The translations under genes were made by a program, and so were the position numbers. Positions 53,335 to 64,000 of a DNA stretch of 64,000 nt are shown piece after piece. The DNA comes from Gemmatimonadales bacterium (GTDB lineage Bacteria; Gemmatimonadota; Gemmatimonadetes; Gemmatimonadales; GWC2-71-9). The notes beneath the pieces are model-generated. The model ran no database searches. It had not been told where the DNA came from and saw nothing but the letters and a program-made list of their open reading frames with translations. Numbering within the stretch: position 1 is the stretch's first letter; each line of letters opens with the position of its first letter. Location: the NCBI GenBank assembly GCA_965249575.1, contig OZ252244.1, positions 3,776,001-3,840,000 of the forward strand, given 5' to 3'.

Positions 53335-54815
53335 CGGTCGACACGCGCTCCTTCGTTGAGCTCGCGCGGCGGGAGAAGCTCGACCTCCTGCGGAGCCGGG
53401 GGGTCGACCCGTATCCCCATGCCTACAGCCCGACCCACCGCACGCGCGAAGCCGTCGCAGCATACCGGGACGACGCCAGCCCGACGGTGCGCATCGCGGG
53501 GCGCCTGGTTGCCCTCCGAGGCCACGGCAAGACGACATTCGGCCACGTCGCGGACGGGACCGGACGTATCCAGATCTATGTCCGCCGCGACCTAATTGGG
53601 GATGAAGCGTACGAGCTGCTCAAACTCCTGGACCTTGGCGACCATGTCGGGATCGAGGGAGGCGTGTTCAAGACCAAAACGGGAGAGATCACCGTTCGGG
53701 CGGCGAAGGTCACGCTGCTGGCCAAGGCGCTGCGGTCGCTTCCGCTCGGGAAGGGCGCGACCGAGGGTGAGCAGCACGGCAGTTTATCCGACCCAGAGAC
53801 CCGCTACCGGCAGCGATACGCGGACCTCGCAATCCACGCTGAGGTCCGCGATGTGTTCAGGCTCCGTGCCGAGGCGATCACCTTTCTCCGCCGGTTTCTT
53901 GACGACCACGGGTTTGTGGAGGTCGAGACGCCGGCATTACAGCCCTTATACGGTGGCGCGCTCGCCCAGCCGTTCGTGACACACCACAACGCATTGGACG
54001 CAGATCTCTATTTGCGGATCGCGACCGAGCTCTATTTAAAGCGTTGCATTGTCGGCGGTCTCGACCGCGTGTATGAGATTGGCAAGGACTTCCGGAACGA
54101 AGGGATGGATCGGTATCACAATCCGGAATTCACGATGCTCGAGTTCTACCAGGCGTATGCCGATTACTCGGATGTGATGGACCTTACCGAACAGATGGTC
54201 CACGGTCTGGTATTGCATCTGACCGGTACCTCCGCCATCGAGCGATTCGGTAAGCGTTTCGACTTTACTCCTCCCTGGACGCGAGTCCCGTACGTCGAGT
54301 TGCTCCGCACCCACGCCGCCGTCGATTTGACGACCGTCACCGATGAAGAGCTGCGGTCGCTACTCCAGGGAAAGGAGGTCCCGGAAGTCGCCGGAATGCC
54401 TCGGGCCAAGCTGATCGACACGGCGTTCTCCGAATTCGTGGAACCGACGCTCGAGCAGCCCACATTGGTAGTGGACTTTCCGCTCGCCCTTTCTCCACTG
54501 GCAAAAGTGAACCGGAAAGACCCCGACCTCGCAGAGCGTTTTGAGTTCTTCGTGAATGGGTGGGAAATCGCCAATGCGTTCACCGAGCTCAACGATCCCG
54601 ACGACCAGCGCGGCCGGTTCGAATCGCAGGCCAAGGCCAAGGCGGCCGGTGATGCGGAGGCCCATCAGGTGGATGAGGACTACATCCGCGCGTTGGAGTA
54701 CGGCATGCCTCCGACTGGGGGGTTCGGCATGGGTGTGGACCGCCTCATCATGTTGCTCGCGGAGCGGCCGTCCATTCGGGACGTGATTCTCTTTCCGCTC
54801 CTGAGACCAGAGTGA
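53331..54815 (+). CDS. lysS: Lysine--tRNA ligase (class II)
   Basis: OB fold; YLRIATELYLKR, FRNEG, HNPEFT and YGMPPTGG motifs. Confidence 0.98.
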   Translation: MTVDTRSFVELARREKLDLLRSRGVDPYPHAYSPTHRTREAVAAYRDDASPTVRIAGRLVALRGHGKTTFGHVADGTGRIQIYVRRDLIGDEAYELLKLLDLGDHVGIEGGVFKTKTGEITVRAAKVTLLAKALRSLPLGKGATEGEQHGSLSDPETRYRQRYADLAIHAEVRDVFRLRAEAITFLRRFLDDHGFVEVETPALQPLYGGALAQPFVTHHNALDADLYLRIATELYLKRCIVGGLDRVYEIGKDFRNEGMDRYHNPEFTMLEFYQAYADYSDVMDLTEQMVHGLVLHLTGTSAIERFGKRFDFTPPWTRVPYVELLRTHAAVDLTTVTDEELRSLLQGKEVPEVAGMPRAKLIDTAFSEFVEPTLEQPTLVVDFPLALSPLAKVNRKDPDLAERFEFFVNGWEIANAFTELNDPDDQRGRFESQAKAKAAGDAEAHQVDEDYIRALEYGMPPTGGFGMGVDRLIMLLAERPSIRDVILFPLLRPE

Positions 54816-56065
54816 TCTCACGTCTCGAACTCAAGATCACTGCCCGCTACTTGCGGAGCCGGCGATCGTCGCGACTCGTGTCGCTGATCACTCTTATTGC
54901 CACCGGTGGAGTAACCGTGGGAGTCATGGCACTCATCGTCGTAATGGGAGTCATGAACGGTTTGCAGACGGATCTGCGGGAGAAGATCCTCGTCGCGAGC
55001 CCGCACCTCCGCGTCCTGACTTATGGTGCCGGTCTCAAGCTGGACGATTGGGAAGGCGTCGTTCAACGCGTCGAGGAACACCCGGCCGTGCTGGCTGCGA
55101 GTCCGTTCGTTCTCTCCCAGGGGCTCGTTTCGTCCGGCTACGACTATGCCGAAGGCGTAGCGGTGATCGGGATCGAGCCGGATACCGGATCGCTGGCCGT
55201 CACGGCGCTCGCGCGACATTTCACCTCTGGCGACCTAGGATTCCGCACCGAGCGCAACGACGTGGACGGTGGAATCGTGCTCGGCCATCGCGTTGCAGAA
55301 CGATTGTCCGCGTTCCCGGGGGACCGCATCACCCTCGTGTCTCCCGCTGGCAGCAAGTTCAACGCAGCCGTGGGCGCGTTCGTTCCAAAGTACTGGGCGT
55401 TTGAGGTGACCGGGAAGTTCGAAACCGGGATGTACGAGTACGACAACTCCTACGTCGTGCTCCCTAGGCCAACCGCCCAACGGTTTGCCGGGCTCGACGA
55501 GGCGGTAACCGGGCTCGAGGTGCGGATCGGCGATCCGTGGGCCGCCCGGGACGTCGGCACGGAAATCGAAGATCGCCTCGGGTACCCCTTTCGCGTCGTT
55601 GACTGGCAGAGCCAGAACGCGTCGCTGTTTTCGGCGCTCAAGCTCGAGAAATTGGCGATGGGGCTCATTCTCCTGCTCATAGTGGTGGTGGCCGCGTTCA
55701 ACATCGTCAGCACCCTGACGATGGTCGTAACGGACAAGACCCGCGAAATCGGCATCCTCCGGGCCATGGGGCTGTCTGCGGCAGCGATTCGTCGGATCTT
55801 CGTACTTCAGGGCGCTGTGATTGGGGTGGTGGGCACCAGCCTCGGAGCGTCGTTGGGGTTGCTCATCGCCCGACTCGTCGACAAGGAACGGCTCATCGAG
55901 CTCGACCCGTCCGTGTACTTCATCGACCACTTGCCCATCCAAGTCGTCCCAACCGACCTGATCGCCATCGTGGTGGCCAGCGTCCTGGTGGCCGTGCTAG
56001 CCACGGTTTATCCGGCCCGCCAGGCTGCTGCGCTCCAGCCCGTGGAGGCGATACGGCACGAATGA
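54812..56065 (+). CDS. lolE: Lipoprotein-releasing ABC permease LolC/E family
   Basis: VMNG, FETGMYEYD, AAFNIVSTL and EIGILRAMG motifs. Confidence 0.9.
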   Translation: MISRLELKITARYLRSRRSSRLVSLITLIATGGVTVGVMALIVVMGVMNGLQTDLREKILVASPHLRVLTYGAGLKLDDWEGVVQRVEEHPAVLAASPFVLSQGLVSSGYDYAEGVAVIGIEPDTGSLAVTALARHFTSGDLGFRTERNDVDGGIVLGHRVAERLSAFPGDRITLVSPAGSKFNAAVGAFVPKYWAFEVTGKFETGMYEYDNSYVVLPRPTAQRFAGLDEAVTGLEVRIGDPWAARDVGTEIEDRLGYPFRVVDWQSQNASLFSALKLEKLAMGLILLLIVVVAAFNIVSTLTMVVTDKTREIGILRAMGLSAAAIRRIFVLQGAVIGVVGTSLGASLGLLIARLVDKERLIELDPSVYFIDHLPIQVVPTDLIAIVVASVLVAVLATVYPARQAAALQPVEAIRHE

Positions 56066-56760
56066 CCCCGACCCTCGAAGCGTGCGCCGTCCGAAAGACC
56101 TTCCGGGGAGGTGACAACGCCCCCGTGGAGGTTTTGAATTACGTCGATTTGACAGTCTCCCGGGGCGAGGTCGTTGCGATAGTCGGCGCGAGCGGGGCGG
56201 GGAAGAGCACGCTCCTCCATTTGCTGGGGGCGTTGGACCGACCGACGGGAGGCGATATCCTCCTTGATGGCGTCTCGTATGCCGATCTTGGCGACGCGGC
56301 GCGGGATGGGCTTCGGAGCCGGAGTATCGGTTTCGTGTTTCAGTTCCACCACCTTCTCCGGGAGTTTACGGCGATCGAGAATGTGATGATGCCGTTACTC
56401 ATTGGCGGTTGGGATGAGGCACGAGCCCGGAGCCGAGCGGAGGAGCTTCTGGCCCAGGTGGAATTGGCTGGCCGCATGACCCATCGACCCGCCGCTCTTT
56501 CGGGCGGCGAGCAACAGCGTTGCGCGGTGGCGCGTGCACTCGTCCACGATCCCAGGGTCATTCTTGCGGATGAGCCCAGCGGCAATCTGGACTACCACTC
56601 GAGCGGCCGCGTGCACGACCTGTTATTGGGCCTGGTACGGACCCTGGAGACCTCACTCGTTCTGGTGACGCACAATCGCACGCTTGCTGATCGGGCTGAC
56701 CGTGTTCTCTTGTTGGCAGACGGGCAACTGCGAAACGCCACGGCGGAGGTGGTACCGTGA
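56062..56760 (+). CDS. lolD: Lipoprotein-releasing ABC ATPase
   Basis: GASGAGKST, FQFHHLL, LSGGEQQR and ADEPSGNLD motifs. Confidence 0.93.
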   Translation: MTPTLEACAVRKTFRGGDNAPVEVLNYVDLTVSRGEVVAIVGASGAGKSTLLHLLGALDRPTGGDILLDGVSYADLGDAARDGLRSRSIGFVFQFHHLLREFTAIENVMMPLLIGGWDEARARSRAEELLAQVELAGRMTHRPAALSGGEQQRCAVARALVHDPRVILADEPSGNLDYHSSGRVHDLLLGLVRTLETSLVLVTHNRTLADRADRVLLLADGQLRNATAEVVP

Positions 56761-57257
56761 CGCAGTGCGATAACTGCCACGAGCGCAGCGCCGCGATTCA
56801 TCTCACCCAAATCGTCAACGATTCTGTGACGACCGTTCACCTGTGCGAGCAGTGCGCAGCGGAGAAGGGCGTCCAAACGAGCGCAAGCGTCGCGAAGTTC
56901 CCGCTCGGTGATTTCCTCGCCTCGCTCGGCAAGGGTGGTGCGGGCGCGGTACCAGCTGAGGCGGAGGACGGGACGTGTGACTACTGCCACGCGACGCTCC
57001 AGGACTTTCGAGATACCGGGCGCTTGGGTTGCCCCGAGTGCTACGAGGCATTTGCGCAGCACCTCCGCGGGTTGCTGCGGCGTCTCCACGGGTCGAGCCA
57101 GCACGTGGGCGAGGTATATTTACCACCGGAGGGCGCTGTCCCAACGGACTCTGCACGAGTCCTGGTCGACCTGCGAGAGCAGCTGCGCCGGGCTGTTGAT
57201 GCCGAAAACTTCGAACTGGCGGCCGAGTTGCGTGATCGCATACGGGTGATGGAATAG
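56757..57257 (+). CDS. mcsA: McsA (CxxC-rich, UVR domain)
   Basis: CDNC, HLCEQC, CDYC and GRLGCPECY motifs; ENFELAAELRD. Confidence 0.93.
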   Translation: MTQCDNCHERSAAIHLTQIVNDSVTTVHLCEQCAAEKGVQTSASVAKFPLGDFLASLGKGGAGAVPAEAEDGTCDYCHATLQDFRDTGRLGCPECYEAFAQHLRGLLRRLHGSSQHVGEVYLPPEGAVPTDSARVLVDLREQLRRAVDAENFELAAELRDRIRVME

Positions 57258-58363
57258 TGGCCGATCTGAGCTTGCTGCCGGACGGTGGAATGTCGTGGCT
57301 CGACGCGAGCGGCCCAGAAGGCCACATCGTGCTCTCAACCCGGGTACGCCTCGCGCGAAACATCCAGGGCCGGGTGTTCACGGGTCGAGCCCCCGGAGCG
57401 GAGTCGGAGTCGGTACTAGACCTGGTGGTCGAGGTTGGGCGGGACGCGGCGCAGCTGAAGGACGCCGCGGTCTTGCGAATGGAGTCGCTGGAGCGTTTTG
57501 AGCGCCAATTGCTGCACGAGCGGCACCTGGTATCTAAGGAGCTCGCGGGCGTTGACGGCGACACCAACGTGCGGCAGGGATCGGCTCTCATCACCGGTGG
57601 CGAGACGGGCGTGATGGTCAACGAAGAGGACCATTTGCGGCTCCAGTGTTTGAAGTCGGGGCTGGCCCTGAGTCCCGCTTATACGCAGTTGGAGCAACTG
57701 GACACGGACCTCGGAGCGCGAGTGCCTTTCGCGTTCCACCCGGAATTCGGTTACCTTACGGCATGTCCGACGAACGCGGGAACGGGGCTCCGTGCGTCGG
57801 TGTTGATCCACCTTCCGGGCCTCGTACTCACCAAGGAAATCGCAAAGGTCCTCCAGGGCCTAGCCCAAGTCGGCCTCACGTTCCGCGGGCTCTACGGGGA
57901 GGGCAGCGAGGTAGTGGGCAACTTCTTCCAGCTGTCCAACCAGACGACGTTGGGCAAATCCGAGGATGACCTGCTGGACCACCTCGCCAAGATCGTGCGC
58001 CAGGTGATCGCCTATGAAGAAAAGGCCCGGCAGGTCTTGCTTGGGAACGCGCCGACGGTTATCGAGGACAAGGTCTGGCGGGCGTATGGCTTGTTGCGGT
58101 ATGCGCGGAGCCTCTCATTTGAGGAAACTATGAATCTCCTGAGCGGCGTGCGGCTCGGTGTAGGTTTGAACATGATTCCCCACGTGAGTGTATACACGCT
58201 GAACAAGTTGCTGGTATTCACGCAACCCGCCCATTTGACGCATATGGAGGGACGCGAGGTATCCGAGGCCGATCTCGCCGCGAGTCGTGCAGCCTACGTA
58301 CGGCGGATGCTGGAAGGGGACGCCGGGCGGCCGGCTCGCGGCACATCCAACAAAGACCATTAG
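57257..58363 (+). CDS. mcsB: Protein arginine kinase
   Basis: STRVRLARN, NEEDHLR, CPTNAGTGLRAS and RGLYGEGS motifs. Confidence 0.95.
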   Translation: MADLSLLPDGGMSWLDASGPEGHIVLSTRVRLARNIQGRVFTGRAPGAESESVLDLVVEVGRDAAQLKDAAVLRMESLERFERQLLHERHLVSKELAGVDGDTNVRQGSALITGGETGVMVNEEDHLRLQCLKSGLALSPAYTQLEQLDTDLGARVPFAFHPEFGYLTACPTNAGTGLRASVLIHLPGLVLTKEIAKVLQGLAQVGLTFRGLYGEGSEVVGNFFQLSNQTTLGKSEDDLLDHLAKIVRQVIAYEEKARQVLLGNAPTVIEDKVWRAYGLLRYARSLSFEETMNLLSGVRLGVGLNMIPHVSVYTLNKLLVFTQPAHLTHMEGREVSEADLAASRAAYVRRMLEGDAGRPARGTSNKDH

Positions 58364-58375
58364 CCCCATGGATCG

Positions 58376-60850
58376 ATGAACGGATACAACTTTACAGATC
58401 GAGTCCGCAAAGTGTTGCAGATGGCGCGCGAGGAAGCCGCCCGTCTCCACCACGAATACGTCGGAACGGAGCATATCCTCTTGGGACTGATCCGCGAGGG
58501 TGAAGGCGTGGCGGCGGCAGTACTCACCAACTTGAGCGTCGACCTCGAAGAGATCCAGCAGAAAATCGAGGAGACAGTCAAGAAGGGTAAGTCGCCCGCG
58601 GCGGCCGGTCCGGACCTCCCGTACACATCCCGGGCAAAGAAGGTGCTTGAGCTCGCGATGAGCGAGGCCCGCGAGCTGAACCACTCCTATGTGGGAACTG
58701 AGCACCTGCTCCTGGGCTTGCTTCGAGAGGAGAAGGGAATCGCGGCCCAGGTGTTGACGGACGCGGGCGTGAACCTCGAACAGGCTCGCGCGGAGACGCT
58801 CCGCCTTTTGGGAAGCGACGTCATGCCAGCGGGCGGCAAGGGAAGCGGAGCACCCAGCGCTCCGCGCTCGGAGAAGAAATCCAAGACGCCCGCACTGGAT
58901 CACTTCTGTCGGGACTTGACCGCGCTAGCCGCCGACGGGCAGCTCGATCCCACCATCGGCCGGCAACAGGAAATCGAGCGTGTCATCGAGGTCCTTTCCC
59001 GGCGGAAGAAAAGCAACCCCGTGCTCATCGGAGAGGCAGGCGTCGGCAAGACGGCAATCGTCGAGGGACTGGCCCAGCTCATCGCGTCCGGCAACTCTCC
59101 CGACGCGCTCCGCAATCACCGGGTTCTGGCCCTGGACATGGCGGCTGTCATCGCGGGCACCAAGTACCGGGGGCAGTTCGAGGAGCGTCTCAAGGCGGTG
59201 ATGAACGAGATCGCGCAGAACAAGAACATCGTCCTTTTCATCGACGAGCTGCACACGCTCGTCGGGGCGGGAGCTGCCGAGGGCGCGATCGATGCCTCGA
59301 ACATGCTCAAGCCGGCACTGGCCCGTGGCGAGCTTCAATGTGTAGGGGCCTCGACCCTCAACGAGTACCGGAAATACATTGAAAAAGACGGCGCGCTCGA
59401 GCGCCGGTTCCAAACCGTCATCGTCGATCCGCCGACCGTTGAGGAGACCATTGAGATTCTCAAGGGCCTACGGCAACGATACGAAGATCACCATCGCGTC
59501 GTGATCCCCGACGCGACTCTCGACGCGGCGGCGCGCCTGTCCGAGCGCTATATCACCGACCGATTTCTGCCCGACAAGGCGATCGATGTCATCGACGAGG
59601 CTTCCGCCCGCGCCCGTCTGGCGGCGCAGGTTCCGCCAGCCGAGGTAACCCGGCTCAAGGACGGACTGGAGACCATCAATCGGGACAAGGAAGAGGCTGT
59701 GCGGGCTCAGAACTTCGAGCGCGCGGCGTCGCTCCGAGATGAGGAACGAGAGCTACAAAGCGAGATCCGCAAACGGCAGGAGGATTGGGAGCAGGAACGG
59801 CAAACGCATCGGCCGATCATCGGGGAGGAAGAAACCGCCTTTATCGTCTCGCGTTGGACCGGCATTCCGGTCACGCGCCTCCGCGAAGCCGAAACACAGC
59901 GGCTGCTGCGTATGGAAGACGAGCTCCACAAGTCCGTCGTCGGACAGGACCAGGCCATTGCGGCCATCGCCCGGGCGATCAGGCGCTCGCGAGCCGGTCT
60001 GAAGGATCCGCGCCGCCCGATTGGGACGTTCGTGTTTTGCGGTCCGACCGGCGTAGGAAAGACGGAGTTGGCACGCGCGCTCGCGCGCTTCTTGTTCGCC
60101 GACGACCAGGCGCTCATCCGCGTCGATATGTCGGAGTACATGGAAAAATTCAGCGTCAGCCGCCTGATTGGGGCGCCGCCCGGCTACGTTGGATACGAAG
60201 ATTCGGGCGCTCTCACGAAGGCGGTGCGCCGTAAACCGTATTCCGTGGTCTTGCTCGACGAGATCGAGAAAGCGCACCCCGACGTGTTCAATATCTTGCT
60301 GCAGGTCCTGGACGAGGGCCGCTTGACGGACAACTACGGCCGCGTGATCGACTTCAAGAACACGGTCGTCATCATGACCTCGAACGTCGGCGCCCGCGAC
60401 ATCACCAAAGGGCAGGTAATGGGATTCGGACAGCCGGACGCGAAGACCTCGTTCGAAAAGATGGCCGAAAAGGTACGGGATGAGATCAACAAGGTCTTCA
60501 ACCCCGAATTCCTGAATCGTTTGGATGACGTGATCGTCTTCCACCCGCTCGACCGGGGGCACATCACTCAGATCGTCGACATTCTCATCGAGCAGGTGCA
60601 GACCCGGTTGTCGGAGGAGGGTCTCACCCTTCGGCGGACCGACGCCGCGACGGCGTTTCTCGTCGACCACGGCTACGACGAGAACTTCGGTGCCCGCCCG
60701 CTGAAACGCGCGATCCAACGGTTTATCGAAGACCCCCTCTCGGATAAAATCCTCACGGGGGCCTTCGCCGCCGGCGACGAGATCGAGGTCGACGTTAGCC
60801 CCGAAGGCGACAAGCTCGTATTCAACGCGCTTTCCGGTACCAAGGCGTAA
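58376..60850 (+). CDS. clpC: ATP-dependent Clp protease ATPase subunit ClpC
   Basis: Two Clp-N repeats, [11 protein letters not shown] middle domain, GPTGVGKT and the MGF ClpP loop. Confidence 0.97.
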   Translation: MNGYNFTDRVRKVLQMAREEAARLHHEYVGTEHILLGLIREGEGVAAAVLTNLSVDLEEIQQKIEETVKKGKSPAAAGPDLPYTSRAKKVLELAMSEARELNHSYVGTEHLLLGLLREEKGIAAQVLTDAGVNLEQARAETLRLLGSDVMPAGGKGSGAPSAPRSEKKSKTPALDHFCRDLTALAADGQLDPTIGRQQEIERVIEVLSRRKKSNPVLIGEAGVGKTAIVEGLAQLIASGNSPDALRNHRVLALDMAAVIAGTKYRGQFEERLKAVMNEIAQNKNIVLFIDELHTLVGAGAAEGAIDASNMLKPALARGELQCVGASTLNEYRKYIEKDGALERRFQTVIVDPPTVEETIEILKGLRQRYEDHHRVVIPDATLDAAARLSERYITDRFLPDKAIDVIDEASARARLAAQVPPAEVTRLKDGLETINRDKEEAVRAQNFERAASLRDEERELQSEIRKRQEDWEQERQTHRPIIGEEETAFIVSRWTGIPVTRLREAETQRLLRMEDELHKSVVGQDQAIAAIARAIRRSRAGLKDPRRPIGTFVFCGPTGVGKTELARALARFLFADDQALIRVDMSEYMEKFSVSRLIGAPPGYVGYEDSGALTKAVRRKPYSVVLLDEIEKAHPDVFNILLQVLDEGRLTDNYGRVIDFKNTVVIMTSNVGARDITKGQVMGFGQPDAKTSFEKMAEKVRDEINKVFNPEFLNRLDDVIVFHPLDRGHITQIVDILIEQVQTRLSEEGLTLRRTDAATAFLVDHGYDENFGARPLKRAIQRFIEDPLSDKILTGAFAAGDEIEVDVSPEGDKLVFNALSGTKA

Positions 60851-60863
60851 GGCAGAACCTGTC

Positions 60864-63260
60864 GTGAGTCCCGGCGGCCGCCTCTTCCTCGTTGCTGCAG
60901 CGTTGTCCGTCTTGGCAGTATCGGTGCTATCGGCACAGGAGCGTCTCGACGAGACGACGGTTCTGGACAGCGTCGTCGTCGTGGGCGCGAACCGATTCCC
61001 CCCCGGCGCGATCATCGGGCAATCGGCGATCCCCATTGGCGAACCAGTTTCGTTCCGAGATCTGCAGCGAGCGATCTACGCGCTGTTTGAGACCGGCCAA
61101 TTCGACGATATCCGCGCCTCCCAAGCGACCATCAACGGCAAAGAGGTGTTGCAGCTGGAGGTCGTCGAGCGGCCCATTTTGGCCAACTGGAGTGTTCGAG
61201 GCGCGGAAAAGATTTCGGAGAAGACCGTCCGTGGACAGATCAAACTCCTGGAAGGCAGGCCGTACGATCCAGCAGAGGCGTACATCGCTCTGGCGAAAAT
61301 CGACTCGCTCTACCAGAAAAAGGGGTTCTACCTCGCGGACCACGAGCTCGTTGAGCTCCCTCAAGAAGACAGCCTCATGCGCGTCGTCTTCGACATTTCC
61401 GAGGGCCGCCGAGTCGCGGTAAGCCAAATCGTGGTGGAGGGAAACACGCATTTCAGCGACGGGGACGTCGCGGGCAGCATGGAGACCGGCACCGAAGGGT
61501 TCTTCTGGTGGAAGAAGGGCGAATACAACGAAGATCGCCTCGAGCAGGATCTCCGTGAGCGCCTACCGGTATTCTACGGCTCCCGGGGACACGTCGACTT
61601 TCAGGTCCTGCGGGACACTCTCGTGGTCTACGAGCCCACAGGGAAGGGCACCTTGATCCTCTCGGTCGATGAGGGTGATCCCTACCTCGTTGGCGGCTTT
61701 GAGATCGTTGGTAACCGTCGGTTTTCGACTGAGGAGTTGGAGCAGTTCTATCCGTTCGGCGAGCGCACCACTGGATTTCTGGGGCTCGGCGGGAAACGAG
61801 AGGGGCCGGCGACGTTCGACCAGGGCAGCTGGGATCAGGCAACGCAGCGGGTGCGCGAGGCCTACTTCAACAATGGATACATTTACGCACAGATCACACC
61901 CGTACTCGCTCGACGGACCGATGGCGACGGAGACAAGAGGGTCGATCTGCGCTGGCAAATCGTGGAAGGTCAGCCGGCAGTCGTCAACAAGGTTGTGATT
62001 ACCGGCAACAGCATTACCCACGAGGATGTCATTCGGCGTGCGATCGTCGTCGTCCCTGGGGACATCTTTCGGCAGGATGCACTCGTTCGGTCATATCAGA
62101 GTATCTCGAATCTGGGATTCTTCGAACAGCCGGTCCCTCCGCCCGATACCCGACCCGCGAACGATCAGGGCGACGTTGACGTGATTTTCGAGGTCACCGA
62201 GAAGCGGACCGGCAACATCAACTTCGGCGCCTCGGTAGGTCAGGGAACGGGACTCGGAGGATTCATCGGCCTTGAGGAACCCAACTTGTTCGGGAAGGCC
62301 AAACAGGTCGCGCTCCAGTGGCAGTTCGGCCGGAACATCAACGATTTCAAAATCACGTATACCGACCCCGCGCTGCGTGGCAGTCTCATGTCGGGAACGC
62401 TCAATCTGCACAACACCCGCCTCCGGTATACGATCGCCGACCTCGGCCGGATCACGACGCGGGGCGGCAGTCTCCGGATCGGCTTGCCTCTCTTTGGATC
62501 GCGCTGGACGCGCTTCTTTACGTCCTACACACTTGAGGAAAGCAATTTCGATTCGCCCACGTTGGCCCCTCGCTTCAATTGCGCGAACTGTGTTCTGTCG
62601 AGTCTCGGGTTTAGCATCGCCCGCGACACCCGAATCGAGCTGCCCTTCGCCACGGCTGGCTCCTTTCAGGAGCTGCAATTCTCACAGAGCGGCGGGCCAC
62701 TGGGCGGAAGCGGGAACTTCCGTCGCGCGATGCTGGAGGGTCGCTGGTACGCGCCGCTGGCTCGCCTCGGCGCAGGTCCGACGTCGAGCGGTCTTACGTT
62801 CGTATTGGGGCTGACCACCAAGGCCGGGTTTGTCTGGGGAGACGCCGGGCCACACTTTCGGCAGCTCTTTACTCTTGGGGGGACGCAATTCGGCATACCG
62901 TTGCGAGGCTATGACGAATTCTCGATCACTCCACAGGGATTCGACCCCAACGCGCAGGGGTCTAGCGCCAGCACCGTCGACGCGTTTGGCCAGTCGTACC
63001 TCACCATGACAGCCGAGGTCGGGATGCGCGTGAGCCAGGCGTTGTATCTGAACACGTTCTTCGACGCGGGCAACGTTTGGTCTAGTCCAGGCCAGCTCAA
63101 CCCGACTCGTCTCTTTCGCGGGCTGGGATTTGGCGTGAGCGTGCTATCGCCACTCGGCCCCCTCGGTTTGGATTTGGCCCGCGGCTTGGACCGGATCGAC
63201 GCGTTTGGAGCCCCCAATCCGGGGTGGCAGCTACACTTCAAACTTGGCAATTTCTTTTAG
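60864..63260 (+). CDS. bamA: Outer membrane protein assembly factor BamA
   Basis: POTRA repeats, NLFG, LRGY and SPLGPL motifs; terminal Phe. Confidence 0.95.
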   Translation: MSPGGRLFLVAAALSVLAVSVLSAQERLDETTVLDSVVVVGANRFPPGAIIGQSAIPIGEPVSFRDLQRAIYALFETGQFDDIRASQATINGKEVLQLEVVERPILANWSVRGAEKISEKTVRGQIKLLEGRPYDPAEAYIALAKIDSLYQKKGFYLADHELVELPQEDSLMRVVFDISEGRRVAVSQIVVEGNTHFSDGDVAGSMETGTEGFFWWKKGEYNEDRLEQDLRERLPVFYGSRGHVDFQVLRDTLVVYEPTGKGTLILSVDEGDPYLVGGFEIVGNRRFSTEELEQFYPFGERTTGFLGLGGKREGPATFDQGSWDQATQRVREAYFNNGYIYAQITPVLARRTDGDGDKRVDLRWQIVEGQPAVVNKVVITGNSITHEDVIRRAIVVVPGDIFRQDALVRSYQSISNLGFFEQPVPPPDTRPANDQGDVDVIFEVTEKRTGNINFGASVGQGTGLGGFIGLEEPNLFGKAKQVALQWQFGRNINDFKITYTDPALRGSLMSGTLNLHNTRLRYTIADLGRITTRGGSLRIGLPLFGSRWTRFFTSYTLEESNFDSPTLAPRFNCANCVLSSLGFSIARDTRIELPFATAGSFQELQFSQSGGPLGGSGNFRRAMLEGRWYAPLARLGAGPTSSGLTFVLGLTTKAGFVWGDAGPHFRQLFTLGGTQFGIPLRGYDEFSITPQGFDPNAQGSSASTVDAFGQSYLTMTAEVGMRVSQALYLNTFFDAGNVWSSPGQLNPTRLFRGLGFGVSVLSPLGPLGLDLARGLDRIDAFGAPNPGWQLHFKLGNFF

Positions 63261-63294
63261 GCAATTCAGAAACCTCACGCAACCGGAGCATATC

Positions 63295-63840
63295 ATGGCC
63301 CGTTGGACAGTGGGCGGATTGGTGTTGATTCTCTTGGTCGGTCTCCTGGCAACGACGTCGGCCCAAACGTCCAGCGCAAGGCAGGAGGCAGTGCGCATCG
63401 GCTGGCTGAATCTGCAAGCGATTCTGCAGCAAACGCCCGGATACGCACAGGCCGAGTCGACCTTCAGTGCCGAAATGGAGGGGTATCAGGCCGATCTACA
63501 GCGCCTGCAGCAGGAGTTCGACTCGACTCTCAGCTGGTACGAGCAGCAAGCCATCGTCTTGAGTCCGTCGGCCAAACAAACCAAGGAAGCGGAGATCCGT
63601 GACCTCCAGGAGCGGCTGCAAACCCGGGCGGGCGAACTGCAGAACCGGGCCCAGGAGCGGGAGCGACAGCTCGTCGCGCCAATCGAAGACCGGGTGAAGG
63701 GGGTCATTGAGGGGGTGCGAGCCGAGCGAAACCTCGGCCTCATCTTCGACGCCTCCGCGGCCGGCAGCAACATCATCGCCGCTGATCGGACCTTGGACCT
63801 TACCGCAACCATTCTCCAGCGGTTGCGCTCCAACCCCTGA
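63295..63840 (+). CDS. skp: OmpH/Skp periplasmic chaperone
   Basis: Signal peptide, RIGWLN, coiled coil and DLT..IL; lies between bamA and lpxD. Confidence 0.88.
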   Translation: MARWTVGGLVLILLVGLLATTSAQTSSARQEAVRIGWLNLQAILQQTPGYAQAESTFSAEMEGYQADLQRLQQEFDSTLSWYEQQAIVLSPSAKQTKEAEIRDLQERLQTRAGELQNRAQERERQLVAPIEDRVKGVIEGVRAERNLGLIFDASAAGSNIIAADRTLDLTATILQRLRSNP

Positions 63841-63847
63841 CCCGGTC

Positions 63848-64000
63848 TTGCGCCCGCCACGCGATCTGTCGGTCCAAGAGATCGCGGCGCTCGTCAAAGG
63901 AGAGCTGCTCGGACCGGCCGACCTTCGCGTAACGGGTGTCGCACCGCTCGACCGGGCCGGCCCGAGCGATCTTACCTTTCTTGCTTCGGGCCGGTATCTG
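63848..64000 (+). CDS. lpxD: UDP-3-O-acylglucosamine N-acyltransferase (3' partial)
   Basis: Manual translation gives ..EIAALVKGELLG..VTGVAPLDRAGPSDLTFL, typical of the LpxD N-terminus; gene order bamA-skp-lpxD. Confidence 0.85.
   Translation, partial: MRPPRDLSVQEIAALVKGELLGPADLRVTGVAPLDRAGPSDLTFLASGRYL

Overview
High-GC bacterial chromosome segment. The 16S/23S sequence and gene order suggest Gemmatimonadota (inference from recognition, no search run). Most of the window is housekeeping: infB-DUF503-rbfA-truB-ribF-secDF-tatD-fhs-ridA-selC (tRNA-Sec); an envelope/RNA-processing run (lpxH, lptE, rfaE2, rph, rdgB); tRNA-Pro and tRNA-Arg; mgtE and ppk1; a complete 16S-23S-5S operon with no spacer tRNAs; and era...prfB (programmed +1 frameshift)-lysS-lolE-lolD-mcsA-mcsB-clpC-bamA-skp-lpxD. 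The best candidate for an undescribed system is the ~14 kb accessory block right after the 5S gene (33.2-47 kb). It encodes an ACS-type MFS importer and a split GcvPA/GcvPB-like PLP enzyme whose glycine-cleavage signature motifs are rewritten, with no GcvH/T/L nearby. It also encodes an AcoX-like/ATP-NAD-kinase-family protein, an HcnAB/OoxA-like fused Fe-S flavoprotein with an inverted DAO-family partner, a non-DHDPS DapA-family lyase, an old-yellow-enzyme, an SDR, and a signal-peptide/dead-MBL/2-hydroxyacid-dehydrogenase fusion. A degenerate glycine-riboswitch-like element precedes gcvPA, and heptamer repeat patches punctuate the block. No CRISPR array, transposase or integrase was seen.
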